Below are positions 39,501-53,842 of a stretch of 64,000 nt of DNA, piece by piece (positions within the stretch are counted from its first letter, which is position 1; each line of letters opens with the position of its first letter). The notes under the pieces were generated by a model. The model searched no databases. It had not been told where the DNA came from and saw only the letters and a list, made by a program, of their open reading frames with translations. A program made the translations under genes and the position numbers. This DNA comes from Octopus sinensis (lineage: Eukaryota), in the NCBI RefSeq assembly GCF_006345805.1, contig NC_043014.1, positions 46,934,001 through 46,998,000 on the forward strand. The letters run 5' to 3'.

Positions 39501-42500
39501 ACTTCAGATGAAATTATACAATATATTTTTTTTTAAAACATCTTTTAAACCAAATATTGCATTCTTAAAAGAGTGATGCAAGCTTGCTTTTAGATTCAGT
39601 GTTTACAGCAAAATGAATATTTTAACATAAACCAAACTATAAAAGCAATAAGGAAAACTCCAATTTCTACTAAAAAGAACAGATAACTAAAGAACAATTT
39701 TTGAGGTTTTTTCTCTATTTTCGAAATAAAGAAGAAATCTCCTAATTTACTCTATGCTAACATGGCCCAATTTAAATTAACTATATCTTATCAGAAGGCA
39801 AAAGAAAAATGTTTATATGAACAAAAATAGCATCATTTATTAAAATGTGTTGAAACTTAGTTTACTAAAATGTTTCATTAAACCAAAATTAAAGTAACAT
39901 TCATGCAGATTAAAATTTCAATGTACACCCTTATTTTTGTTTTCAAATTCAGGTAAACTATATAACTTACTTTTATATTTTGTAATTAAGTCAGCAATGT
40001 TCTGTGGTAAACAATTAATTAATGATAAACTCTCACAAGTTAGAAGGGTGAAGGTTGATTTTTTTTTTTTTATGTACTCTCAGATATATTTAATTTATTT
40101 TTATTTGATTTTTATTCCATCTGATGTTCCAACTCACTGTCTTTTCATTGGCTCCTTCCTTTCTCTACTGCTTCGCTGACTCAGTTATGCGCCACCATAA
40201 AACATAAACATCCATTCAATTTAATTATGCTGGCTGTCATTTTTCAGTTCAGTATCAATTTATTTATTTATTATTTTCTATTCTGCTACTTTTTCTGATC
40301 GCCTTTCTTTCCTTACATTAAACTAGTGAATGTGCTTTCCCTATTCAATGACTGATTGATAAATCCTTAACTGATTGGGGCCAAGTATCATTTTTTTATC
40401 ATCACATCACTAGTTCGATGATATAGCATGGCAACGGCAATATATTTCCTAATGGTAATCTTTTTATTTCTATTCATCAACTCAGTTGTTTATTTGCTAT
40501 CAGCGCCTTTCTTTAGACCAGCTAGCTATTTCTTTTCTCCTTCTTTTGTATTGTGCAATGCTATACAACAACAATTCCTTGCTGCACACAAACTTGCACA
40601 TGTTTAAAACATCAACTTTTCTACCTATAAATCTATATGATTTTCTTATAATGACACATAATTGTTAGTGCATATGTGTTTGTATGGTCTGTATACATTA
40701 TGTACATATAAAGAATGCATATTTTTATTCAAATATTTTTACAATTTCATAGGAAACTTGTTTCATAAAAATTTACAATATTTCATGTTAGGAATATAAT
40801 TTATATATTTTAAAGGTAAGCAACATTATGCACGCATGCATACATAAACATATACATCCCAGTTTCCTTATTTCTAACATATATATATATATATACGCAC
40901 ACATGCACACATACACACTTGCACACATACACACTTGCACACATACACACTTGCACACATACATACATATTTATGTAGAATGTATGTATGATAGAGGAGT
41001 TTCAATAGAAATATAAATTTGAGGTGTTAATATTTTTTTCAAAAGAAACTGAGTATATAGTCTAATATAAGTACAAGAAGCAGCGAGGATCAAAACAAAG
41101 GTACACATCTTTATTTTGAGTGAATAGTATATAAGTTTATGAAAAACATTTTCTTAAATAAAATTATTCAAGTAACGTCTTTTTTTTTTTCAATAGATAC
41201 TTTTTCTTGAATTTTTACCTGCAAGACTATGACTGGATTGCGTGTAGTTTTCAATAGATTCCAACAAATAACTAGACTTAAATTATAAAAGAAATTAATC
41301 TTGGTTTTTTTTTAAGCTGATATTTACTTGGAAATACGAATATATAATGATGCATCATGGCTGAAACAGGAGAATAAAATTGTTTTCAACTTTTGATTCA
41401 ATACATTGTCAAATAGATTTTGTTGGTATTCCTACATGCTTTTTCACTAGACTTATCCACCCCATCATCATTAACATTTGTACATTGATGTTTTTGTGCT
41501 GGCATAAGCTCTACTAGTTTACACTATCACCACTATTAAACTCTGGGTTTCCTCTTCACTTGATCAATCTTGTTTAAAGTTTTCTTAAACTTCATTTTTG
41601 TCTCATTTATTTTTTATCCATGGCCAACTCATGATGACACTTTTCATCAAGTTCACTTAGTCATATCGCTTGTTCTTTTCCAGCAATAATCTTAACTTGC
41701 TCTCTTAAATTCACTCAAACTCTATTTCTTAATTATTCATTACTAATGATTATGTTCATTTATGCCTATTCTTTATTCTTCCTTCACTGACCAGTTTCTC
41801 CTGTAGTTTAATATAACATTTCTAGAATATAATTGTCTTTTTAAAGAGAATCATCTAACTGAGTCTGCTGAAATCCTCAATTTCATCAAGTTGCTTCCAA
41901 ACTACTGTTGTCTTTTGTTACCAGCTTTGTTTAAACTTTCTCTTTGCTTAATTGATCCAAACATCCAGTATGTCTGTTCTTTCAATACACTTAAGTTGAG
42001 TGTTATATTATAGCTATCTGACTTGTTTCTATGATATAGCTCATGAGGATTTCTAAGTTTTTCACAATCTCTCACATCCCACATGCATTCTTATCTCTCT
42101 GGGTGACGTATAGATATTTTCGCTCTCTACTGATGTAAGAGGGAAAACCTAAGGGAACTGAAATAATGATTCCAAAAATGATTTTTACAATTAAAAGTAG
42201 TAAAAATACCAATATATAACTATGATTGATGGTATAAAATATTTATAGTAACAATATAAAAGGATAACACAAGCATTGCTGTTTTATGGAAATGTCTATA
42301 CAAAGCAAAAAAATCCCCAACTATATATTGTTAGTATCTGCCATGATCAATTACTTTAGTGGTGGTATAAACATAGCACAATAGTAGGTTATATCCGAAA
42401 CAAATATTAGGATGCTACTAAATCAACTTAAACCTTATACAGACAGATAGGTATGTATATATATATATATATAACATAGTGAAAGTCTTAAACAATACAG

Positions 42501-42917
42501 TTCATAGAATAAAACCTGTCTGATGAAGATGACTAACTGCAAGAGAAAAACAGGTCATGTCTATTTTTTAGAAAAACAAAGTTAATATATTCTATTTGAT
42601 GTAAAAGATCTTAGTTTTAAAAAAATTAAGGCCTCTTGTAAATATAATTATAATTGGTTGACAGATTTTATAAAGTCTCATTTTAACTGCTCAGTTTAGA
42701 TTGTAAATATTTTCTATGACTAAATCCTTTAGAAATAATTGATTTTAATTGTAATTGGAGTCAATTTCCAACAGCAAAATAGTGTGTTGTTTTATAAAAG
42801 ATAATCATGTCCATATACATGTGATTATGTTAACTGCTCAGAGTTCTTTTGAAAGACCAACAGAGATAGTACAGGTTCTGACAGTTCTCTATAAGATCCT
42901 TTAGATGCCATATGATG

Positions 42918-42973
42918 GTGATCTAGCAATTATAAAAACCTGGAAACAGGTTTTTATAATTGCTAGCTATCAC
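42918..42973. repeat. Perfect 20-bp inverted repeat with a GAAA loop
   Basis: ctagcaattataaaaacctg (42923-42942), gaaa, caggtttttataattgctag (42947-42966). Extends by gtgat/atcac across a 2-nt bulge. Confidence 0.95.
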
Positions 42974-45900
42974 TAAGTTATCTTAACTACTATATTGTTG
43001 TTTATAAATTAATAGAAACAATGCTTTTTTTTCCTATTTAGACAGAAGAATTGGTTTATTTTTGCAATTGGATTACAATAAAAATTATATAAACGTCAAA
43101 ATATTTGTTAGATGATGTAATTTGAATATGATTTCTAAAACAACTAAACTCTTATGTTTCAGTGAATCTATAAGTCCATTTCATAAATATTTTTTTATCT
43201 TTAATCATATTCCTATGCGTCATGCTAACTAAAGCAATACCAATTAAAAGATTAAGTTTCATTACATTTGTTGCTTTTCCATTTTCTTTGCATCAAAGAT
43301 AAGATTGATAATTTTAAACTACAGCTGAATTATGGAAAATGTTAGCTCATATCATAACAGCACAAGTTATATATGAAAGCAAACAATGCTTAACTAATAC
43401 TTTAAATTCTTATATAACCTACCATAATATTTTCTGAAAAGTTCTGTTTGATGTTTCGCACTGTAGTTTTTGAAAGGTTCTAAACCCTTAGAAGACCAAT
43501 CATTTAAGAAACATTTAAAGGACTGCATATTTGCACAAGCAGCTTGTCACTACTTCATCACCTTAATCTATCTCATACAGCCTCATTTATTTAGTTTTAT
43601 CCACAATAAATAGTTTTATTCTTGGTAATCAAAGAAAACACTTGTAATATGAAAATAACTATTAAAAAAACAACATTAAATTAGAAACTAACTTAGTGAT
43701 TAAATTAGAGACTATCATAATATTAGAATTAATACCTGTAGTATTTTCAATTACATAAAATATACTTAAAATAAACCCACTTTTCATTTCTACCTCTCCT
43801 AATCTTTCCCGCATTCATTTGAAGTTGATAATTCAGTCTGTTGCTACCACAAGTTTCTTCACCCACATAAAATGATGCAGTATAGAAGTAATGTTTATAT
43901 AAATGAAAGCGTGCTGAGATTATTAGATCAATGAGGTAATGGCATGTGATAAAATTGGGTGGAGGAGCGTTATATATTGATTAGCTAAAGAACATGGATA
44001 AAGGGGTTATGAGATTTGGGTGAAATGTTTTGATAGTCATAGTGATGGTAGATCAGTGTTTTCTGGAACAAATAATATAAATATTGATATCAGGAAGAAT
44101 GATGACCTCTCTAAGGATTTACTCGTCTACAGAATATTTCATAAACATGAGAAAAACAATCATTATTGATTTTGTATTTTGATTAGATGCACATCAATAA
44201 AAACAATCTTTACTGGCATTGCTTATATATCTATTTTTAAATAGATTAATATTGAAGTTGAAATCACATCCAAATTGCTAAAAAATCATTTGGGGTAGAC
44301 TTTGTTAATATTTCATCAAATTGATTCTTGTCATTTTCCAATCATTTTACTAAAATTGGCAAACCCTGTTACACTTCAAAGTATACATAGCATTGTTTTA
44401 ACCTAATGGTTTCTTATCAATATACTTTCCATTTAGTCTGAACAGAGACCTTAAGAAAATATTGTGCTTAAACAAAAATCTTTTATTTATTATAAATGCC
44501 TTTTGTTTAGTCAGTTTTAAGTGGATCAATGGAAATGAAAGTACAGAGTTGGTTGTGAGACTAGTATTTCAAACACATACACACACACACATATACACTC
44601 ACTTTAAGCTTTCTATAGAGATAAAGAAATAACAAGTAGCAGGATGTTGTGTAATGTATGTTTATGAATATATCTTAATCTTGTCTGTTTGAAGCAATCT
44701 TTTAGTCAATGAAACCAGATTTTACTTAATAACGCACCTCCTCCACCTCTCTAACTATGTGCTAGCTTTCTATAGAACAAGCAGGCAAAGATGAAATGAC
44801 ATATTTTGATGAGATCTTGCAGTGGCTTACTTACAAACATTATTTTGCATTTGCTTGTCGTTTCCTTCACTAAACTCGAACATTTGTTGGAATTAAGGTC
44901 TATTGAAGTATAGGAATGCATTGTGCTGTGAGGGGATACATTAAGAGTTAATCGGAGAATGACGATGGGAGAAAAAGAGGCAGTTGGCAATATAAATCAG
45001 CACATTGAGTGAGTGAACTAGATAAAGTCAATGCTTATATACGCCATCAATTATTAGAACAAATAGTGCAGTATCATCATAGAGAATATAATGGCTAAGA
45101 GAGAATGTGAATTACTTAGTGGAAAGAATACTCATTTAGTTCTTAAGCCAAATTTACGTATCAATTATTTATATGAGAAGGGTTTAATGACGTTTAGCTA
45201 TATTTCATTGCTAAAACTATATAAATGCTTTAAATTTCACATAGGAAACATATATGGAAGAGATTAATGAATGATGCTAGTATTCTATCATCATTCACAC
45301 TACCACATCATAGGAGGTAATGTACCTGGGTATTAATTCAACCTTTTCTAAATAGTTATCACATGATTGTTATTTTATGTAATACAATTGCAGCATTACT
45401 ATATTACTGCTATAGTACTAATCATTACTCCTATAACACTAATCATTACTACTTTAACACTAATCAATATTGCTATAATATTAATCATTACTATTACTAT
45501 AATACTAATTAATCATTATCATTTCTATTATTACTGTTATAGTATTAATCATTATTGTTACTATGTTGCTGCTGTAATTCTAATTAATACTTATCATTAC
45601 TACTTTAATACTAATTATTATTACTACTATTACTGCCAGTATAGTAAGCATTATTGTTACTTTTATAGTGAATACTATACTTATTAATATTGCTGGTATT
45701 TTAAAATTCTAAATTTGTTAGTTTACCATTGAGATAGTCAAAATACCATTGAGATATATAGTTAAAATAACTAAACACAGATGCAACAACAGTTAGGTTA
45801 GTATTGCTTTTGACAAAGTCTCCATGTAATGTGAATGTTTAGCATAGATCTAATTTTGAAACAATGCAAGAGAAATTAGTTTTAGTATTGTAGAGTGAAT

Positions 45901-46069
45901 GATGATAGACAGCAGATAGTTGTGTTGTTTGATCAACTGAACTAGCAACTCGTTACATTAGAATGTAAGTAACTGAGCAGACAACAGATACATGTATCCC
46001 ATCATGCTGAGAATTAGCATGATACAGTGTGTGGGACAAGACCAGAACTTTAAACCACAATCCATCCGA

Positions 46070-46190
46070 TGAGCTTCTACTATATTTCTGTCTACACAAT
46101 GTTACTCATAAGGCTTGGATTGATCTAAGGCTATGTTTGGGTAAAGGACTTGCCCAAGATACTGCACAGTGGGATTAAACCCAGGACATT
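46070..46190 (-). mobile_element. Old SINE family B fragment
   Basis: ctcataaggcttgg...gacttgcccaagatactgcacagtgggattaaaccc matches the family B head in reverse. Confidence 0.6.
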
Positions 46191-49100
46191 ATCTATTCTC
46201 AGTGATAAAATAATGTTTAATATCATAATTCCTCATGCTGCTTATCAATGACCCTCAATATCTCCTTCACTTTACTATAAAAGCCTTCTTTCTATAAGTC
46301 CTCTTCACCACCACCACCTCAAACAACTTGTTTAATGTACCTTGTTGTCAATATAAAGGGATCTGAGCAGCACTGCCATGTTTCACATAATGTTGACTAT
46401 GTTAATTCTTCAAATAACTTATTGCTAACAGACAGCATAGAAGTAAAGAAATACTCAAAACTTTAGATTAGTTTTATGTTGTTGCCATAAAACTTATATC
46501 AACCAATTGTCATTAGTAAGTCAGAATTATTTGATTATCTTCGTGTTGGTATTATTTGCCATCATAAAAATGGTATTATGAGACATTTGCTTTGAATGTA
46601 GAAAATTAAGCTAAAAATTACATGTAGTCTTGCCTGTATTCTTTTCAAAGTAATTAATGGGTTATTTCAATGACTAAATGAAGGTAACAGTATTTTCTTG
46701 AATGATTTATTTCAGTAAGTAAATCTCCATACGATAATAATTTTTATATCTTCTTAAATTGGTCCAAAACCATAAGAGTGTAAAGTCAATCATCAAAAGC
46801 TAGGAGAAAGGAAAATATGCAATAGAACAGGATCTGCTTAGTGAGGAGGCAGGAATCTATGGCATTCATATAGTGTAGGCATCGTTTGATTGTGGATATA
46901 ATATTAAAAAAATGTCTAAATCTTGTCAAGTATTCAGCTAGCAATAAACGTAAGAGTATAATCAACATCAAAGTAGCAGATATGGACTGGTATCACAGGA
47001 AGCTTCTAAAGTGTACACAAACATTATATGCTGTACATAGTTTCATGTTTCTGGTAAAGAACATAAATAGAATTGGTCAGCTTTGATAAATATCATAACA
47101 AAACCAGATCATAAAAGTATTGTAGTTGTTGTTGTTGATGTCTCTTGAACGTAAAAATTTAATACAGTTTGAAACTGGATCAGGGGAAAGTGTTTTGGAG
47201 CTTAAGAACAAAAGAAAATGAAACTTATCTCTCCAACATTGCGGTATCTCACAAAGAGAGATGTCTTTTATTTAAAGCAACCCAAGAATTTCAATATTTT
47301 GACCATTTTGAAGGTTGTTATGAAATTAGTAAAATGTTATACATCACAGTCGATGTTTTTTGTTTTACATTTGAAGAGAACATTACCAAAATTGCATTAA
47401 GAGTTAAGTCGATAACTCAACAATTTTTAAATGCTGATCACCTGCTTCTTGATAATTTTGACAATGTAGGTACTGGAAGATGGTTGTAATGAAAAGAGAG
47501 GTGTAACTAGGGTAGTATAGTGGTAAATGGTCAGGAAGTTGCTAACAAATACAGAGTTTTGATGATGTGTGGTAGTAAGTGATAGGTACTAAATATAATT
47601 TGTTGGATGTTGATCAGATATGTGTTTCAAATGGCTGGCGGGAACTAGTAGAGGTTACTTTTGACAGAAGCAAACTAGAAAATGAATGGGTTGAAGTGGG
47701 ATAAGATAATATGGTAGATGATACAAGGTTGTGAACAATAGTGGAATTCTGCAGATTCCACATCTAACCCATGTTTTAAGCAATAATGATGATGAACATA
47801 AAATTTTAAAAAAACATTGTAGCAGAGCGAGCCCAACTAGAGAGCAAAGTAAGTCAGAATCATTATATTTAAGGATCTAAAAATAATTGAACTAAAGCTG
47901 AAAGATATGTTATAACTAAAATTAGCTGAGTGTATAATATAATGAAAGATATATTGACCACTGTTGCTCTTAATTGTACTATATAATCACTTGATATACT
48001 AAAAGTTCTACAGCAAACCCTAACTTTAAATATTTTTGATAAATTATGGGCATGAAAGATTGATTATTCGATCATGGTCTAAAAAAATTGTAAACTGTTT
48101 TCTCTATTAGTAATGTCACTAAGTGTTTGTATTTTCTAAAATAAATTTCAACTGGTTTAAGGGAGTGTTTAATAGTGTCAAATTTGATAGCTATATAATT
48201 GTGTAAGAGAGAATTCAGTTTGTCAGAAAAGAAAGTGCTAACATTTCTAATAAAACCACCACCAATTGACTGTATTTCATAAGTTTTGCATGTATGAACA
48301 CTGGTGGGATTAAAGGTAATCCTAACAGAATTTGAACTCAGAACATTAAGGTATTTACTCTGGCTCTTTACCATCTTGGTCACCTCTAACTTTCATTGCT
48401 TCTACCATTAACCTTATTAATAATTTCTACTTGTGATATTCATGCTTTTCATAAGGCATTTACTAAGTGAAACAGTCCTGAATTGAAACCTGCTCGCAGG
48501 TATAGCTCTCTGAGGATTTGTGGTACTGTGTTTGCTCTAACGATAATAGTAATTTCTAATTAAGTCTGATGTTTCAGTTGTTTTCTCCCACATGAAATCA
48601 AAACTGAAGCTCAATGACGATTGTGCTACTTTGATATGGGTGGGTAAACATACTTTCGGAACCACCTGTTTTTTCAGACTCTAAAACAGCCATAGCTAAA
48701 ATGATAACGTCATGTCATTTCTATCTGTAGCTCATTGGAATGGGCTTTGAAATGAAATAGAAAGCTTCCTATATTATTATGGAACAATGATAATATTAAT
48801 AGAGACTTTATTTAAATGACATCAATAACCATTGTGGGTGGAATATCTCAGCATTCATAATAAAGTATATAATGAAATTATGATACAAGTGTGTATACTG
48901 ATAAATATCAGAACATATTGCATATGTATGTGTGTACTTGACGTACATATATTTTTACTTATATATTTATCTCATGGTGATATATTATCTGATTGTCCTA
49001 GCTAAATTAAGTCTTCTCTGGATTCATGTTACCATGTGGTTGTCTATCGATCATTTATGCTTTTGTTGCTTAATCTAGCAGAATAATAGCTTTGAAAAAG

Positions 49101-52100
49101 ATTAATACTTAATTATTAATTTTGTTGATATTTTAGAAAATATTTCCTCATGTTAAATAGATTTTTTTTATTCATTTATTATATAATATGTCAAAGATTA
49201 TACTTCCTATGTCATTCAAACAGTTTATATCATTGTTAACTGAAGCATTTCTCTCCTTCCATCACCATTTCACTCTCTTCATTCTAACATGCATGACTAA
49301 TTGTTGTTAATTCTCATTTTAGCAGGCTATACACCAACACCATGGGGCTTCAGGTCCCAATAGAAGAACATGCCAGATTTGTCAGGGTGCACCTTGCAGT
49401 TTCTCACTCCACCCAGTAGCTGTATGTCACTCAAACATTGACAATTGACTTGATAGAATATCTTTTGAAAGAAAATTACACACATATATATATACATATA
49501 TATGATATATATATTATATATATATATAACATGTAGCTAATTTGCATTTTAAAATTTTTAAATGCAGCCATTGATATAGTTTTTTACAAAGATATTTTAT
49601 AAATTTCATGTCCCCCTCAACAGGCAGCTCGTTACATTTTGACTTTGTTATTTGGATTTTTATAGGAATTATTGAATTGCAGTATTGTATGATAGGACTA
49701 TCTTCAACGACTATAGAAACAAAACTATTGGTCAGATATAAATAATGCCAAGATGTTTCACTAATAACAGAAATATTCCAAATTTAAATAAGGGCTTATG
49801 ACGACATTATTATTATTATTCCACAATTTAAACACTCCTTTGCTGCTTTCAATATAACATATTCAGAGATTAACAAGCAGATGCATTAATATTATAAATG
49901 TCCAGCTTATAATAGCGGACCTCTAAAACACCCAACACACGAATTGCTTTGGGCACAATACCTGTTCACTTATCGACTCACCCTGCTGTGGCATATTTTC
50001 TTATCAAACAATAAAATAATTCAAATGCAATATTGAATAAACTATTTTCTTTACTACATAACAATATTTTGATAGTACATAGTTATGGCTGACTCAATAT
50101 CATTATAGTACTCACCTGAAGTGAAAATCATTGTCTGTTATTTTCTATGTAGACTGTGTTTTAAACAAAATACAGCCTGTCAACAATGACATGTAGTCTG
50201 TACTTGACTAAGTATAGTTTATACACCATAAAAACAGCATACTATTGCTTTGGTGCACCAATGGTAGCAGGCCCAATAACATATATTTCAACTTACATTA
50301 GGGTTAGGGTTATGGATAGTAGCTCAAAGCAAAATTCTCTTTTGCAGATGTTTCCTTATAGTCAATTTTACAAAGCTACCAGCTTCTGAAGGACGCCACC
50401 TGTTTGGGGGCAATAGGATTGAATGGTTTTGTTGATTAGCCCCAAATTTAAACCATTAATCCAGCACTACAATGGCACTCGAGATGACTATTTGATAAAC
50501 TGGCACTGAAAGTTGCAAATCACAATTGATTTGCTTCCCTCTTCAACTCCTCACAGACAATTGTTAACAACTGGAGCTACACTCTTTCAAAACAATCAAT
50601 TGTTTCACCATTTTAACTCTTCTCACTTTCCTCATTATTTCCTCATTATAATCTTTATTCCCATATTAATTAGAATAATAATTTCTCCAATAGTCTTAGT
50701 TTAATCATCACAGTCTATTTTGATATAATTTTGAACGATTTCATCTTTATTATTAAACATGAGGTCTTTTTTTATGCTAATTGTTACAAAGAAATCATTA
50801 TTTAGTAATCAAGCACTTTATAATTCATCAGGTTTACTCATATTATACAACCATAATTATGCCATTCTTGTCTTAAATCGCAATAAGGTCTATTGGCAAT
50901 TCCAAATTAGAGAGTGATATAGACTTCCACAAATATCGTTTGAAGCTACATACTTTACAAACAAAAGTATGAGTGCAGACCCATGTTATCCTAAACTATA
51001 ATTATATTTCTTTAAACACCCTTTCCTACATCCAAAATTTAAATTAAAAGATGTTTTCATTCATCTTCTGCTTATTCTAATATTTTTGCATTTTCTTTTT
51101 CACCACTTTTTCACACTCACACACACACGCATTTTAAGAATTTCTTCACTCACAATTTACAATAATATTGAACTGATAGTTTTATAGGAAGTAACTAGTG
51201 TGTAGCTAGACTACTTCTTTCTAATGACCAAATCTTGACAAAACATTACTCCACTCATCATTGTTTCGGTCAAGTATATAACAAGCAATTATTAACAAAA
51301 CTTAATACTAACACTTTTTACTTTATAAAAACTAACAAATCTGTATTAACTAACATTAGTGATGCTAACTTTTTACTAACTCCATCCTCTTAACAATGCT
51401 GCTGTTTCTATGACTACTATTATTCTACAAATACTATTATTACTGCTGCTGCTGCCACTGCTACTTAATACATTGTCTCTCCTCCTCCTCCTCCTCCTCC
51501 TCTTCCTACTACTACTATTACTACTACTACTACCACTACTACTACTACTACTATTTTAGTCACCAACAGCAGGCCACCCCAAGCACCAGCTGGCAATACC
51601 GACATCAACAGACCAGCATCTTTGCAAGTACAACACCACATCTTATGGCTAGTCTTCACAATAAAGAACACTTTCAAAAACTCAAAGAAGGTAGTTTGCA
51701 ATGCATGAATTTCATGGATTGGTGAAGTATATATATTCCTGTTTGATGTATATGAAAAAAAAAAAAAAAAAAAAAGAAAGACAGAAACAGGATGATTGCA
51801 AAAATATGTTTTAATTCTGCTGCTGCTACTACTACTACTACTGCTACTGCTATTGCGCTTGCATGAATTTTGTCTTCAGCTTTGGCTTCAAACACTCTGC
51901 ATGATCTGTTTTTTGAAAATAAAACAATGTTCAAATTGCATGTATGCATCATTATTTTTTATATTATTATTTTTTTTTTTATTACAACACATCAAAATAG
52001 TATTTTTCTTGAAAGTAAACTACAAAATGTCTTTCTGCTCTAGGTAGATATTTTCCAAGTGACTTTAGGTTATGATTCTCTGATGTTCTATGTTTGGAAA

Positions 52101-52426
52101 GTCTTCATAAAGATAAAACTGATCTTTCTTAATTACCCATTTTCTTCACAGAACACAAAACTGAACAATTATTGATTCCTCCACCTGCTAAATGTCCACA
52201 ACTGTTCAGTATTTTGGGGGTTTTTGGGGTTATTGTATTTTTTTTTTCCTTTTAATCTTTTTCCTTTCATAATTCCACTGTTTTCATTGGTTTAGAAATT
52301 GTGTTCAGCCAATAAAAATTCTCTTTTTCTTTTATTAATGTGTTAAATTAATATTTCTCTATTCCACAAGCACATACATATATAAACAAACATATACACA
52401 TTAATATTTCTCAGTTCTGCAAACAC

Positions 52427-52470
<44 letters not shown>

Positions 52471-53780
52471 AATTAATATTTCTCTGTCCCACAAACTCAC
52501 ACACACACACACACACACATAAATCTCTTGTTATTGTAACTTCATATACAGTTGAGAATTACCGTGAGACAGTTGCTGTGTAGAGTCATCAAAGAACTCT
52601 TTTCGCATTTAATGTTTGAACAGAGCTAAAAAACAAAGTTAATGATATTCTTAATATGAATATTGATCCTTAATTATTGGTTTCTGGAGTATTCATGATG
52701 ATAAATAATCATTTAAAAATCAATCAGTCATTTCTCATTGATACCACCACCATCCTCCTTTCCCTGTGACTGTTCTGTTGTTGCAAACATGAAATGGCTC
52801 ATACTTTGTCTCAGATATTACAATTTGATGAAATTGTAATTCATATTCAGATTATTGGAATATTTCACCAAAAATTATAGATTTAATGAAAAATAAAACC
52901 AAAACTATGTTAAATTTGCCATTTCTTAATGCTATTCTGTGCTTAGATGTTTTTGGAAGAGCTGCCATGTTCAGAACTATACATTCTGTCCAATTACAGT
53001 CTTCCCCAGCTCTTTTGTTTTGATAATGAGGTATATTGCTATATATTACCTATATCTATTGGTTATTTAATGAAACATACTATTCCTTTCTTTGAGACAC
53101 CTCTCTTTATGAAGCTAATACTGTGTGAGCAGTTAAAATCATTCATGTTACTCTTTGTAGCAATATTAGATTGTTTCACCAAGTGAATAATTTGTATAAT
53201 ATGGTAAAAACAACCAAGAAATCTGTTCAGATAATTTTCCTGAAACACTCTATTTTCTAGATTAGATTTACAAAACTTACAGAATAACTCGACACCAAAT
53301 ATATTTGTCCCCATAGTAATTATGCATTATCTCTACTCTTACATATTTGTAGCTGTCTACATCTCCACACATGTTGATAGAGATTGCAATAAGAGAGCAA
53401 TATATTATTATCAGACATGCAGCCTTTGTATACCATTATTTGTTTCTCAGCATTTTGCATACACACACTTCTTGAAACATATAAATTTCTATTTCATTTT
53501 ATATGCAGTACACACCTTTAAGATTTTCTTTATTTAATTATTTACTTTGAATTACGCAAGAACCAAATGCTGGTTTTTCTCAATTTGTTTGATACAAAAA
53601 CATTATAACATTGAGTTTCCAAGATAATTAAGAAACAGTATTACAATGAATTTTGAAGTCATTTGTATGTAGAGCTAAAAAAGAGTACTCTCTGAAATAG
53701 CTTGTTTGTGCATTTACTTTAACGTTACTTGCCAACTGACTGTCAATTATCTTTCTTATATTTCCATTTTTGATCCACAG

Positions 53781-53842
53781 TTCAGCAGAACTCAGAAGAA
53801 ACCAAGATAGACTTGCGGAATAATTTAAAAAAGTCTAAACTG
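53781..53842 (+). CDS. Nav2: Nav2-type channel, II-III linker exon (62 nt, phase 1 to 0): xQQNSEETKIDLRNNLKKSKL
   Basis: Acceptor tttccatttttgatccacag and donor CTG|gtaagt. Only one frame is open, and its exit phase 0 matches the next exon at 58069. Confidence 0.7.

Noticed and set aside
46780-47500. Coding-like stretch with overlapping 60-106 aa ORFs
   Set aside because: No recognisable motif or splice-bounded frame. Probably an old transposon relic that I cannot classify.
50298-50312. TTAGGGTTAGGGTTA telomere-like motif
   Set aside because: Only two and a half units, too short to call an interstitial telomeric array.
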